Source: Nitrospirales bacterium
GTDB taxonomy: Bacteria > Nitrospirota > Nitrospiria > Nitrospirales > UBA8639
Direction: 5' to 3'
Length of the DNA: 64,000 nt
NCBI GenBank assembly: GCA_029261235.1
Contig: JAJDBS010000005.1
Coordinates: 16,871-80,870, forward strand
Below the pieces are notes generated by a model, which was given only the letters and a program-made list of their open reading frames with translations, searched no databases and was not told where the DNA came from. The position numbers were made by a program, and so were the translations under genes. Positions 8,666 to 17,913 of the stretch are shown piece after piece (positions within the stretch are counted from its first letter, which is position 1; each line of letters opens with the position of its first letter).

Positions 8666-11600
8666 TTAATCAACTCCCTCGAGACATAAAACATGCACCC
8701 GCCCCGATTGCTCCCCAACTACAATTGTTCGGCCATCTGGTGCAACCACACAACAAGAAATGGGACTTTCTCCGGTAAAGGTGGCCATTTCTTTTGCACT
8801 AGCCAAGTCCCACACTTTACACATGTGATCATCCGCAACAGAGATCACGCAGGACCCCTGCGGGTTCACCAAAACTGTATTCACCGAGTTACTATGTCCG
8901 CTGAAGGTATCGAGTGCCTCGCCCGTGACCAAATCCCAGACCTTGCATGTATGATCAGTCGACCCAGAAATCGCCCACCTCCCATCTGGCGTCACAGCAA
9001 CTCCCCTCACTGAGTCACTATGCCCGCTCAGAATATGCAGTGCCTGCCCACTTACCAGGTCCCACACGATGCATGTGGCATCAGCTGAGGCAGTAATCGC
9101 GCGTGTACTATCCGGCGTCACCAGGACCCCCCTCACCGAGTTACTATGCCCACTGAGGGTATGCATTATCCGCCCAGTAACCAAATTCCACACTTGGCAG
9201 GTTAGATCAGCGGACACCGAAATTGCTCGTTCACCATCTGGAGATACCGCAACGGCCGTCACCCAGCTACTATGACCCCTCAGGGTATACAATGCCTTCC
9301 CATTGGCTAAGTCCCACACGATGCATGTGGCATCAGTCGCTACCGAAATAGCCTGCCTGCCATCTGGGGTTACCGCAATCGCCGTCACCAAATTATGATG
9401 CCCCCTCATGGCATGCAGTACCTGCCTCGTTTCCATATCCCACACGTTACATATAGCATCTTCCCCAGATGAAATTGCACGGGATCCGTCTGGCGTCACA
9501 ACGACCGCGGTTACCGAAAGACTATGTCCGCTAAGGGTAAAAAGTATCTGTCCACTTGCCAGATCCCACACTTTACACGTGCCATCATCCGACCCCGAAA
9601 TGGCCTGCGTCCCGTCTGGGGTTACCGCGACGGCCGTCACCGAATTACTATGCCCATTGAGGGGATAAAGCGCTCCCCCCCCACAACTCAGATCCCATAC
9701 TTTGCACGTGCCATCATCCGACCCCGAAATGGCCTGCGTCCCGTCTGGGGTTACCGCGACGGCCGTCACCGAATTACTATGCCCATTGAGGGAATAGAGT
9801 ATCTGTCCACTAGCCAAATCCCAGACTATACATTTGTCATCATCCGCGGCCGAAATTGTCCGCATTCCATCTGGCGTTACTATAACCGAGGTGACCCTAT
9901 CGCAATGCCCACTGAGAGTATAGAGAATTTGTCCACTAGCCAGATCCCATACTTTGCATGTGGCATCATCCGACGCGGAAATTACCTGCCGGTTATCTGG
10001 GGTCACCGCGACCGCCGTCACCCTGGCACTATGTCCATTAAGAGTATAGAGAATTTGTCCACTAGCCAGATCCCACACTTTGCACGTAAAATCAGTCGAC
10101 GCTGAAATCGCTCGCGTCCCATCTGGCGTAACTCCGACGGCCCTCACCGAATTACTATGCTCCCTTAGGATATGCTGTGCGTGCCCACTGGCCAGATTCC
10201 ACACAATGCATGTGGCATCAGCCGACCCAGAAATAGCGCAGCGCCCATCCGGCGTCACGACCACCGAAGTCACCCTGTCGCTATGTCCTCGAAGAGAATA
10301 CAATGCCTGCCCAATAGCCAGATCCCACACAATACATGTGTCATCATTCGACGCCGAAATGGCCTTCCTGCCATCTGGCGTCACCGCCACCACCGTAACC
10401 CTAGAGGTATGACCACTGAGTGTATAGAGGGTCTGCCCACTAGCCAGGTCCCACAGCTTGCACGCATGATCAACCGAAGCTGAAATCGCACGCGTCCCAT
10501 CTGGCGTCACCGCCACAGCCTTCACCGAGCTATGATGTCCTCTAAGAATCTGAAGTGCCTGCCCTGTAGCTAGGTCCCACACGATGCAAGTGCCATTATC
10601 TGACCCCGAAATGGCGCGACTCCCATACGGCGCAACCGCCACCGCAGTCACTCCACTACGATGCCCACTCAGGGTCCGAATGAGCGGCCCACCTGGTGCA
10701 ATGAGACTACATTGAAGCGGACGGAGCCACGGACTTTTTTGCCATTGCTTGCAATGCTCAACCAATTTCTGAATTTCAAGAGATTTATCCATCTGTAAAC
10801 GACCTAGCAATTGCCCCCACAATTGACTCGGATCTTTCCCCACGATATGACCTGAAAGTCTAATGGCACCCTGGATTAAACTAAAATTTTTCTCGTTTTG
10901 TAGCCAATCAAAATCCGAGAGCAGGGCCGAAATATCTAAGATTTCCAACTTCGCATAGAGCCAATCAATATTGAGCAAGAGTTTCTTCAGCTCCTCCCAC
11001 CACTCGGCTTTCACTAGATGATAGGCTAGATGCCGGCAAAGGTAAGGATCTCCAGCAGCTTTGACTGGATCATTCATCAGACCGAAAACATCGAGGAATT
11101 TCCTATGGACTACTGACAATTGCGAACCAACCCTCCCTTCGAGATAAGTACGCACCACGTCATGCAATTGAATGTGTTGTGTGATGGGATCGTAGCGAAG
11201 AACAAGCGACAATTGACTTAAACGGGTGCAAAGTTCTTCGGTATCAAAATTATCTAGCCCTCCAGTAGCGCCCCAGAGCTTGGTAATCGCACTCAATGGA
11301 ATTTCGATATCTTCTGGGAAAATCGCCAGCTCGTGATACCGAGCCAGTTCATCTTCATTCAAATGCTCAAAGCTGGCCCCAAGCGTCACAGCAACCGCTT
11401 GATTACGATCAATAGGATTTCTGGCGTCGAATGCGGTGAGCCCACGCTTTTCTAAGGCCTTGCGGACATAGATTAGGGCATCTGACAAGTCTTGCCCCCT
11501 CGCTTTCACACAATCTCGCAAAGAGGCATTCACAAGTTTTAACAGAAAGGGCCATTCGCCAAGATCCTTGGCTAAAGACTCAAGTGCCACCTCTTCCTCT

Positions 11601-12574
11601 TTCGGCAGTTCAAATGCGAGGAGTGCCACGGCTTCGCAAAGATGCATGGCATCCACATCGACTCGAAGCTTGGCGCTTGGCGGAAGAGTTCCACTATCTC
11701 GTGTTGTGATAATCCGCGCGCATCGTTTGCCTCCTCGCAAAAAAGGCGTGACATGTGCGGCATTCCAGACATCGTCAATGACCATCACACAATCCTTGCC
11801 CTTCAAGACTTCGGCTAGCTTATTGGATGCATCTTCTTGGTCGATGAAGTTCGGCCGCTCGTCTGTTAATCCTGCATAGAGTTTAGTTAGGCCTGCCATG
11901 ATATTGGGTTCTTCTCCTAGCGTGACCCACAAGATGCCATGATGAAAAACATCTTGTATCCGTTCATCATGACAGAGAGCTTTGGCCAGAGTGGTCTTTC
12001 CATAACCGCCAGCGCCTTTCAGTGCTGCCGTGATGGCGATGGGCTCTTCCAGCTGAGGACCCAGCAAACTTCCAGCCAGTTCTTCAAATTCCTTCACACG
12101 GGGCACAAAGTCGACGGGGAGATCATCAGCCATAAACGGCACCCGCGTGCCTTCATAGGGACTTTCCAACGTACGAATAAAACGAGTCCATTGCTCAGGG
12201 ACATCGGTATTCACCCACTGGACATCCCTCATCCAACTAGGGAGTTGGGTCAAATCCAAGTTGGGTTGTCCAAAAACGGGAATGACGCCCACCCCCTCCT
12301 GACGCGCCTGTCGCCATTCTTTCCTCACCACGGTGGATTCCATTGCTGCCTGGGTCATAACCAGCACCATGTATTCGACAGTTTTAAGCGCTTCAAGAAT
12401 TTGGTCCCACCAATCTTTCCCCCCTTGCATCTCAGTCCGGTCTTGCCATAGGGAAAAATTCTTCCCCAATTTCTGGCGAAGCTCACGTGCAAACTCCTCC
12501 CCATCTTTCCGTGCATAGGAAAGAAATATTCGTGGCTGAGTATTTATTGAAGAAGGATTGTTTCTTGTTGCCAT
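8666..12574 (-). CDS. TIR - NB-ARC (STAND NTPase) - APAF1-like helical - WD40 repeat protein (bacterial NLR-like)
   Basis: IFLSYARKDG...VRKEW TIR; Walker A GAGGYGKTT; Walker B VIDDVW; IITTRD; LHDVV; 15 GH...WD repeats plus one degenerate. Confidence 0.92.
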   Translation of the reverse strand: MATRNNPSSINTQPRIFLSYARKDGEEFARELRQKLGKNFSLWQDRTEMQGGKDWWDQILEALKTVEYMVLVMTQAAMESTVVRKEWRQARQEGVGVIPVFGQPNLDLTQLPSWMRDVQWVNTDVPEQWTRFIRTLESPYEGTRVPFMADDLPVDFVPRVKEFEELAGSLLGPQLEEPIAITAALKGAGGYGKTTLAKALCHDERIQDVFHHGILWVTLGEEPNIMAGLTKLYAGLTDERPNFIDQEDASNKLAEVLKGKDCVMVIDDVWNAAHVTPFLRGGKRCARIITTRDSGTLPPSAKLRVDVDAMHLCEAVALLAFELPKEEEVALESLAKDLGEWPFLLKLVNASLRDCVKARGQDLSDALIYVRKALEKRGLTAFDARNPIDRNQAVAVTLGASFEHLNEDELARYHELAIFPEDIEIPLSAITKLWGATGGLDNFDTEELCTRLSQLSLVLRYDPITQHIQLHDVVRTYLEGRVGSQLSVVHRKFLDVFGLMNDPVKAAGDPYLCRHLAYHLVKAEWWEELKKLLLNIDWLYAKLEILDISALLSDFDWLQNEKNFSLIQGAIRLSGHIVGKDPSQLWGQLLGRLQMDKSLEIQKLVEHCKQWQKSPWLRPLQCSLIAPGGPLIRTLSGHRSGVTAVAVAPYGSRAISGSDNGTCIVWDLATGQALQILRGHHSSVKAVAVTPDGTRAISASVDHACKLWDLASGQTLYTLSGHTSRVTVVAVTPDGRKAISASNDDTCIVWDLAIGQALYSLRGHSDRVTSVVVTPDGRCAISGSADATCIVWNLASGHAQHILREHSNSVRAVGVTPDGTRAISASTDFTCKVWDLASGQILYTLNGHSARVTAVAVTPDNRQVISASDDATCKVWDLASGQILYTLSGHCDRVTSVIVTPDGMRTISAADDDKCIVWDLASGQILYSLNGHSNSVTAVAVTPDGTQAISGSDDGTCKVWDLSCGGGALYPLNGHSNSVTAVAVTPDGTQAISGSDDGTCKVWDLASGQILFTLSGHSLSVTAVVVTPDGSRAISSGEDAICNVWDMETRQVLHAMRGHHNLVTAIAVTPDGRQAISVATDATCIVWDLANGKALYTLRGHSSWVTAVAVSPDGERAISVSADLTCQVWNLVTGRIMHTLSGHSNSVRGVLVTPDSTRAITASADATCIVWDLVSGQALHILSGHSDSVRGVAVTPDGRWAISGSTDHTCKVWDLVTGEALDTFSGHSNSVNTVLVNPQGSCVISVADDHMCKVWDLASAKEMATFTGESPISCCVVAPDGRTIVVGEQSGRVHVLCLEGVD
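9576..9792. repeat. Two adjacent WD40 units sharing an identical ~88 bp block
   Basis: 9576-9663 matches 9705-9792; 129 bp period. Confidence 0.9.
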
Positions 12575-12606
12575 ATTCAGGACTAGGGTTTTGTCTATCT
12601 TTAGAC

Positions 12607-12792
12607 GACGCCTGCCATCGGCTCTTATTGGTGGACGCTCTGATAATTCAACGGCCCTTGTTTGAGAGAAGCGAGTTGGGCCGTCTTCTATTAGCTTGCG
12701 TCCACCAAATTCATTTAGGCCGATTGGGCGTCAATGGTTTTGGCTCCTTTTGCCGAAACAAAAGGAGCTCGGCTGCCGGGCCGAAACCCGGC
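12607..12792. repeat. Highly structured intergenic element (MITE-like repeat or ncRNA)
   Basis: Nested stems GACGCC/GGCGTC, ATCGGC/GCCGAT, TTGGTGGACGC/GCGTCCACCAA, ACGGCCC/GGGCCGT, then hairpins GCTCCTTTTG-ccgaaa-CAAAAGGAGC and GCCGGG-ccgaaa-CCCGGC. Confidence 0.75.
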
Positions 12793-13000
12793 AAATCACG
12801 TACACTTAAATAATACCCAATTAAAGAAACCTGATAATCGTCGTTAGCTATTTTTCGCACAGAACAAAACACAAGTCTATTAATATTATAAGATGATTCT
12901 AGGAGCGCCTATGATGGCCAGAGAGAAGAAAAAAGTAAAGGCTGTGGTGGGAGATAAAGGGGAACGGTTGTCGGAGTGTTAGAGGCTCGTGGTGTCTTCA

Positions 13001-13056
13001 TCCTCACCTCAATTGTTTGTTCCGCTTCGGAACAAACCCCTTGAAGGGAGAGGAAG
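13001..13056. repeat. Degenerate copy of the DUF559-associated palindrome with an inserted hairpin
   Basis: TCCTCACCTCAAT..TTTGTTCCG-ctt-CGGAACAAA-CCCCTTGAAGGGAGAGGAAG; 3' end matches 7460-7470. Confidence 0.55.
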
Positions 13057-13098
13057 TTTCTCAATCATTCATTTTAAAGATGAGAGAGGATCACCCAT

Positions 13099-13884
13099 TT
13101 ATTCGTTTGTACGCAACATGGCGCAGCCTGGGTCTCGCGCAACGTACATGCCTGCGATTTTGCGATTGTCTTCTTTAAAGGCTTTGTGCCACCAGCGGGC
13201 CGCATTCCACAGATGCTCCGGGGCACTGTTGCGCGAGGAGGCTCCTGGTGTCACCCCCATGCCCAAACGCTCAAAAATAAACTCGATATACGCAGACGCG
13301 GCAACTGGCGTGCCTTCGCGCAACGGATTTGTTTTGGCGCCTTGCGACCAGAGGTAGATCTGCCAAGCCCCCAACATATTCCAAAAATTGTATCGCACGC
13401 GATCCGCATTCCAGGCCCTGGCTCTTTTGATTAATTTTTTCGCTTCCTCGTCAGACATGCTCACGGCCACTAAACCCACGTTAGCATCTACAGTCTTATC
13501 GTCATAGAGTCCCAAAGTCCCTTCATTCACACCATTATTCTCTGGTTTAGGAAATTGTCCATTTCGAGGGAAGAGAGGAATTTCTAATATTTCCAGATTA
13601 CTCAACGATGTTCGCGACGTCACCGGTTCTGCCACGACAAAGGCATGTGACCAGTAACTGGGTCGCAAATCCCATCGCAACATGGCCTGCGCCATGCGCA
13701 GACTATGGCCCGGCAAGTCTCGGCTTCCGACCAACCCCACGGTCATGAGACCACGATTGCCTAAATCCTGTTTCCGAAATGAGGCAAAGGCATCATTAAA
13801 AAATTGCAAGTTAGTACGCTTCTCATACTTCTTGGTCCAATCTTTAATATCAGGATTTCTCGTGCTAGTTTGGGAATCACGCAT
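13099..13884 (-). CDS. Hypothetical protein with a permuted NlpC/P60 (YiiX/YebB-like papain) pattern, catalytic Cys apparently absent
   Basis: SYWSHAFVV...ILEI...GV...RYNF...AASAYIEFIF...APEHLW follows the permuted order SH...E...Y...CS...P. Confidence 0.5.
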   Translation of the reverse strand: MRDSQTSTRNPDIKDWTKKYEKRTNLQFFNDAFASFRKQDLGNRGLMTVGLVGSRDLPGHSLRMAQAMLRWDLRPSYWSHAFVVAEPVTSRTSLSNLEILEIPLFPRNGQFPKPENNGVNEGTLGLYDDKTVDANVGLVAVSMSDEEAKKLIKRARAWNADRVRYNFWNMLGAWQIYLWSQGAKTNPLREGTPVAASAYIEFIFERLGMGVTPGASSRNSAPEHLWNAARWWHKAFKEDNRKIAGMYVARDPGCAMLRTNE

Positions 13885-13926
13885 GAGGCCGTCCTTTCTT
13901 CACATTTATATAAACATACTCATTTG

Positions 13927-15390
13927 TTAACGTAGAAGTAATTCTTTTTTGAACAATATTTTCAAGGGTCCGCCTGTGCCCTGTGAGGGTGCATCTTCAT
14001 CCCAGTCTAATTCAATGACTTGTGCGGGAAGACTCCATAATTCCAATTCAAAACGAACACGAGGGACGCCTCCGACTTGGCTTCCAGGAAAGATTTTAAC
14101 AAGCCCTACGTTATTTTTAATGGTCATGATTTCAATATTGGCTTGCGGATCGATTCGCCAGACCGATTTCGCTCCTTGTGCATTGGGATGTATTGTTATT
14201 TTCTCCGGCGGGACTTCAGGCTTATCATTCCCAGGATTGATCATGGCTGCTGGGGAGGCGATAAATTCAGGAACTCCGTAAGGTGCATCAGGAAATGGCC
14301 CATGGGCTTCCGCATACCGACCAGTGTGAATATCTCCAGATAAAATGACGATGTCGTGCGGCAAACCATGTTGATTGGTCCCCGCTAAACTTCGCTCCAA
14401 CACTCGCCACAGACGGGCGTAATCTTTCGGAAAATTAGACAGAGAATGATCCAGAAAATTACCATCTTCCTGAAATAATGGTTGACCTAGAACCAAGACA
14501 CCAGGTCCTTGCAAATTGGCTTGCCAGACCTCTAAAGCCACCCATTGGTCCTCGGACATAAAATGGCTGGTGCCCTTATCACGACAACTCTCTCGCTCAG
14601 AACGGGTATCTGCCACAAAAAAAGACACCGGCTCAATTGTGAAGTCATACCACCGAGTCTGATTGGGGTTAAGACAGACTTGGAATTGATCATATAACTT
14701 ATCAGCCCCATGACCATATTTTTTGCGGTTATTGGCATCCCAGGTTTGTGGCAAATGGATCTGTTTTTCAGGGTAGTCGTTCCAATATTCATGATCGTCA
14801 CACGTAATAAAATTTGGACAAACCTGCAAAGCTTCACGATAGAAGGCATCCCCCCAATATTGGCGATACCGTTTAGCAAATAGTTCAATAGCATTGTCAC
14901 CTAAATCCCAATCATTCGGCCAATCCAGATACACCTGATCACCAAGAAGCATTTTAAACTGAGGATTTGCCAACGACTGTAGGTCTTTGAGCCCAGCACG
15001 GTAATATCCATCTCGGTCATTGTTCTGCCAAAAACAGGAGGCAAAAAGGAACGTGACCCCTTTTTCACTGACTGCATAGGGCAACGTGGACCAGGTAAAA
15101 TCCTGGCTCTTGTTGTTTGCTGACAGGGTGAGACAAAATCGCTCTCCTTCTGGCGGAGCGGGCGTTGTGAGTGTGACAGTCAACAGGCCCATTCGACGTT
15201 TGAGGCCTGGTGCTTTGGGTAGGAGTTCCCAATGAGTTGTACAGGAGACAGAGGAACCGCAACTGTTCACTCTCACTTCTGGCGGAGAGAAATTCTTTTC
15301 CCCTTTACGCGAACACCAAATGACCCACCCCTGGCCATTGGGCAGTGGTGCTCCTGGTACGATCCATAGATTTTTCATGACGTGGATCAA
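13927..15390 (-). CDS. PhoD-like (alkaline phosphatase D) metallophosphoesterase, no export signal
   Basis: FASC, GDQVYLD, DDHEYWND, DTRSER, LSGDIH; likely start ATG 15378. Confidence 0.8.
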   Translation of the reverse strand: MIHVMKNLWIVPGAPLPNGQGWVIWCSRKGEKNFSPPEVRVNSCGSSVSCTTHWELLPKAPGLKRRMGLLTVTLTTPAPPEGERFCLTLSANNKSQDFTWSTLPYAVSEKGVTFLFASCFWQNNDRDGYYRAGLKDLQSLANPQFKMLLGDQVYLDWPNDWDLGDNAIELFAKRYRQYWGDAFYREALQVCPNFITCDDHEYWNDYPEKQIHLPQTWDANNRKKYGHGADKLYDQFQVCLNPNQTRWYDFTIEPVSFFVADTRSERESCRDKGTSHFMSEDQWVALEVWQANLQGPGVLVLGQPLFQEDGNFLDHSLSNFPKDYARLWRVLERSLAGTNQHGLPHDIVILSGDIHTGRYAEAHGPFPDAPYGVPEFIASPAAMINPGNDKPEVPPEKITIHPNAQGAKSVWRIDPQANIEIMTIKNNVGLVKIFPGSQVGGVPRVRFELELWSLPAQVIELDWDEDAPSQGTGGPLKILFKKELLLR

Positions 15391-15457
15391 CTAGATCATG
15401 ATTGAAGTTGGCGCTAAATCCTATCACAAGCGAATATTCGGATCACTAGTCAATTGC

Positions 15458-16891
15458 TCACCCCACAGGGTCGCGAGAAATCCTGGGAAGGAGTTCCTTG
15501 TCTTCTTTTCGATGGCTCTTAACTTCAGCTTCCGTTGATCTGTACCATTCTTCATCAGAAACCGGATCAATCGGTTGATCCTTGACAAGCTGCCGAAGCG
15601 TGATGCCTTCTAACGCGCCCTGTACGGCCGCATCTCGACGTATCAGTAATTGGCTCACCTTATCAGTCCCAACAGCAAAGCCTTGTGGCCCATTATGTAA
15701 TTGATGCTGCACCACCTTCAAGACGTCAGCCACGGCAATCGCTTCAGGTGGGCGCGCCAAGACCACCCCCTTCGGTTTCTCCGTGCGTATCAGCATATTG
15801 GCTTGTATCAGATCACCAATCAATGATTCCACAAACGTGAGAGGGACTCGTTGCACTCGTGCTAATTGTTCTTCTCTCAGCGGTGCTTTGCCTGATAAGA
15901 ATCGGCGCGTAATGTATCGAAGCAGGGACAAAGTCACATACTCGCGAAATAGCGGGGTTTGATGTTTTCGCCTAAGATTTAGCAAGTATGCTGAGGGGTG
16001 TTGATGATAATACGCGACTTGCGCCCCGGCCAGAACAATCAGCCATCCAACATACAACCAAATGAGAAAGAGTATGAGCACGGCAAAGCTGGAATAAATC
16101 GCGCTATACCGGCTTGAGCTTGCCACGAAAGCCGCAAAACCCATCCCCGCGAATTGCCAGCATATGCCCGACGTCAAACCTCCGACGAATGCCGAACTGA
16201 TGTTCACCGGTGTATTTGGCACAAATTTGTACAAGAAGGTGAACAGCATACACATAAATAAGAAGGGCAAGAGATTCGTCAGTACCACAATGAGATAGCC
16301 AAATGGCTGAATCTCCATCGCTCGTTGGACCAACCAATGACTTTGGGAAGAGGCCATCAGACCGAATGCGGTAAACACAAAGACTGGACCAACCAAGACC
16401 ACGCTTAAATAATCGGTGATGCGCCTCGCTAACGGACGACCAATTTCTATGCGCCAAATGGAATTGAGCGCCTCTTCTATTTTTTCAATGAGCGAATAGG
16501 TCGTATAAAAGAGCCCCGCGACACCCACCGCGCCTAAGACTCCAACTTTCAAGTTGTCGACAAACTGGATGATATTCGTGGTAATCTCCACGCCTTTTTC
16601 ACCTAGCGGATCAAAGGCCTGAGACAGAATGGGTTCAATTTGCTGATGAACGCCAAAGGCCTTCAACACAGAAAATGTCACAGCCAGGAAGGGAACCATT
16701 GAGAGCAGCGTGGTATAGACGAGGCTTGTCGCCCGGATACTTAAAAAGCTTTCACGGAATTCTGTCGCTGCGACTAGTCCGAGACGCAAACACTTCACGC
16801 CAAACTGGCGAAAGCCAGTGAGCTCATGAACACGCAACTTCCACACATCATGTTCACAAAAACGTATAATTCGATCGATGGTCGTCATCAT
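15458..16891 (-). CDS. YihY/BrkB family inner-membrane protein with C-terminal Rrf2-like winged helix
   Basis: ATSLVYTTLLSMVP, ALNSIW, LYKFVPN, YSAIYSSFAVLILFLIWLY...GAQ; GVVLARPPEAI. Confidence 0.88.
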   Translation of the reverse strand: MMTTIDRIIRFCEHDVWKLRVHELTGFRQFGVKCLRLGLVAATEFRESFLSIRATSLVYTTLLSMVPFLAVTFSVLKAFGVHQQIEPILSQAFDPLGEKGVEITTNIIQFVDNLKVGVLGAVGVAGLFYTTYSLIEKIEEALNSIWRIEIGRPLARRITDYLSVVLVGPVFVFTAFGLMASSQSHWLVQRAMEIQPFGYLIVVLTNLLPFLFMCMLFTFLYKFVPNTPVNISSAFVGGLTSGICWQFAGMGFAAFVASSSRYSAIYSSFAVLILFLIWLYVGWLIVLAGAQVAYYHQHPSAYLLNLRRKHQTPLFREYVTLSLLRYITRRFLSGKAPLREEQLARVQRVPLTFVESLIGDLIQANMLIRTEKPKGVVLARPPEAIAVADVLKVVQHQLHNGPQGFAVGTDKVSQLLIRRDAAVQGALEGITLRQLVKDQPIDPVSDEEWYRSTEAEVKSHRKEDKELLPRISRDPVG

Positions 16892-17058
16892 TGTCGTATC
16901 ATTCCTTGATCGCTACACTACAAAGAGCTACGAAAAATGTCTAGACAATCATTCGCTTCTTCATGTTGCTTTTCTGAAGCGACTCTTGCGGCACAACAGC
17001 AAGCATACGTCCAACAAGTCATGCCTCTGCAGCTCTTCATGAAACGGATTATTTATTC

Positions 17059-17619
17059 ATGGCCTTCATAAACGACGCATTCTTCTCCAAAACATGGATT
17101 CTTGCTCTCACCCTGTGCGTGTTGACTGGGTGCCCCACCTCTTCAGAATGGGATCAAGAATGGGAGTCGATTCAAAGCAGCCTTCGCGCTGGCGATCTGG
17201 CTAAAGCCCAATCCCGACTCCAGACCATCTTACCATCCATTCGCAAAAATGGTCCCAAAGATCGACGATATGCCAAAATCATCTACCAGCTAGGAGAGAT
17301 TGCTCGTCTTGAAGGAGACGACAATCAAGCCGAATCCTATTACTGGGAGGCCTTGCCCCTCATCGTCCAATCCCTTGGCCCTGAGCACCTCCAGATGGCC
17401 GACCCCCTAGACAAACTCGCCTCCATCTATCAAAAAAAAGGCGAATTGAAGATTGCGTTACCGCTATTCAAACGGGCAGTAGCCATTCGAGAAAAAACAT
17501 GGGGGGCATCGGATCCGAAGTTACTTCCAACATTGAAGCAGTATCATGTCTTGCTGATGCTGGGTGACCGCCATGAAGAAGCGGTAAAAATCCTCACACG
17601 CATCTCACGCCTTGATTGA
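17059..17619 (+). CDS. TPR-repeat lipoprotein
   Basis: Lipobox LTGC; LGPEHL/ALPLFKRAVAIREK TPR pattern. Confidence 0.75.
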   Translation: MAFINDAFFSKTWILALTLCVLTGCPTSSEWDQEWESIQSSLRAGDLAKAQSRLQTILPSIRKNGPKDRRYAKIIYQLGEIARLEGDDNQAESYYWEALPLIVQSLGPEHLQMADPLDKLASIYQKKGELKIALPLFKRAVAIREKTWGASDPKLLPTLKQYHVLLMLGDRHEEAVKILTRISRLD

Positions 17620-17913
17620 GCAAATCCATTCCTCATCAACCCGCCGTATCGTTCCATCTCATCGCTCTCCTCTCGTGGTCATTTAACCGTATCGTACAAA
17701 AACTGCGTAGAATGATTTGGCTTTTTTGCCAGGACCACACCTATTCCTCAAAGTTATTCCCCCCCTGTTCTATTGCTCTTTTACCATAATTACCTTACGA
17801 TATTTATCATTTTTCTCTGTACACATGGCATTGATCATTCTGAACTTTTCCTCTATCTAATTTAGTCGTTACTTTAGGTGCAATTTTCCTCTCCTCTAGC
17901 CACCCCCTTCGCA

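Noticed and set aside
8693-10483. Several plus-strand ORFs with internal repeats (e.g. 9524..10105)
   Set aside because: Antisense shadows of the WD40 repeats; no independent protein signal
8700-10680. ~126 bp periodic repeats as a CRISPR array or DGR template/variable pair
   Set aside because: Repeats are in-frame WD40 codons with no repeat-spacer structure, no cas or reverse transcriptase gene in the window and no adenine-specific mismatch pattern
12487-12813. 108 aa plus-strand ORF
   Set aside because: Overlaps the NLR start and the structured element; no protein features
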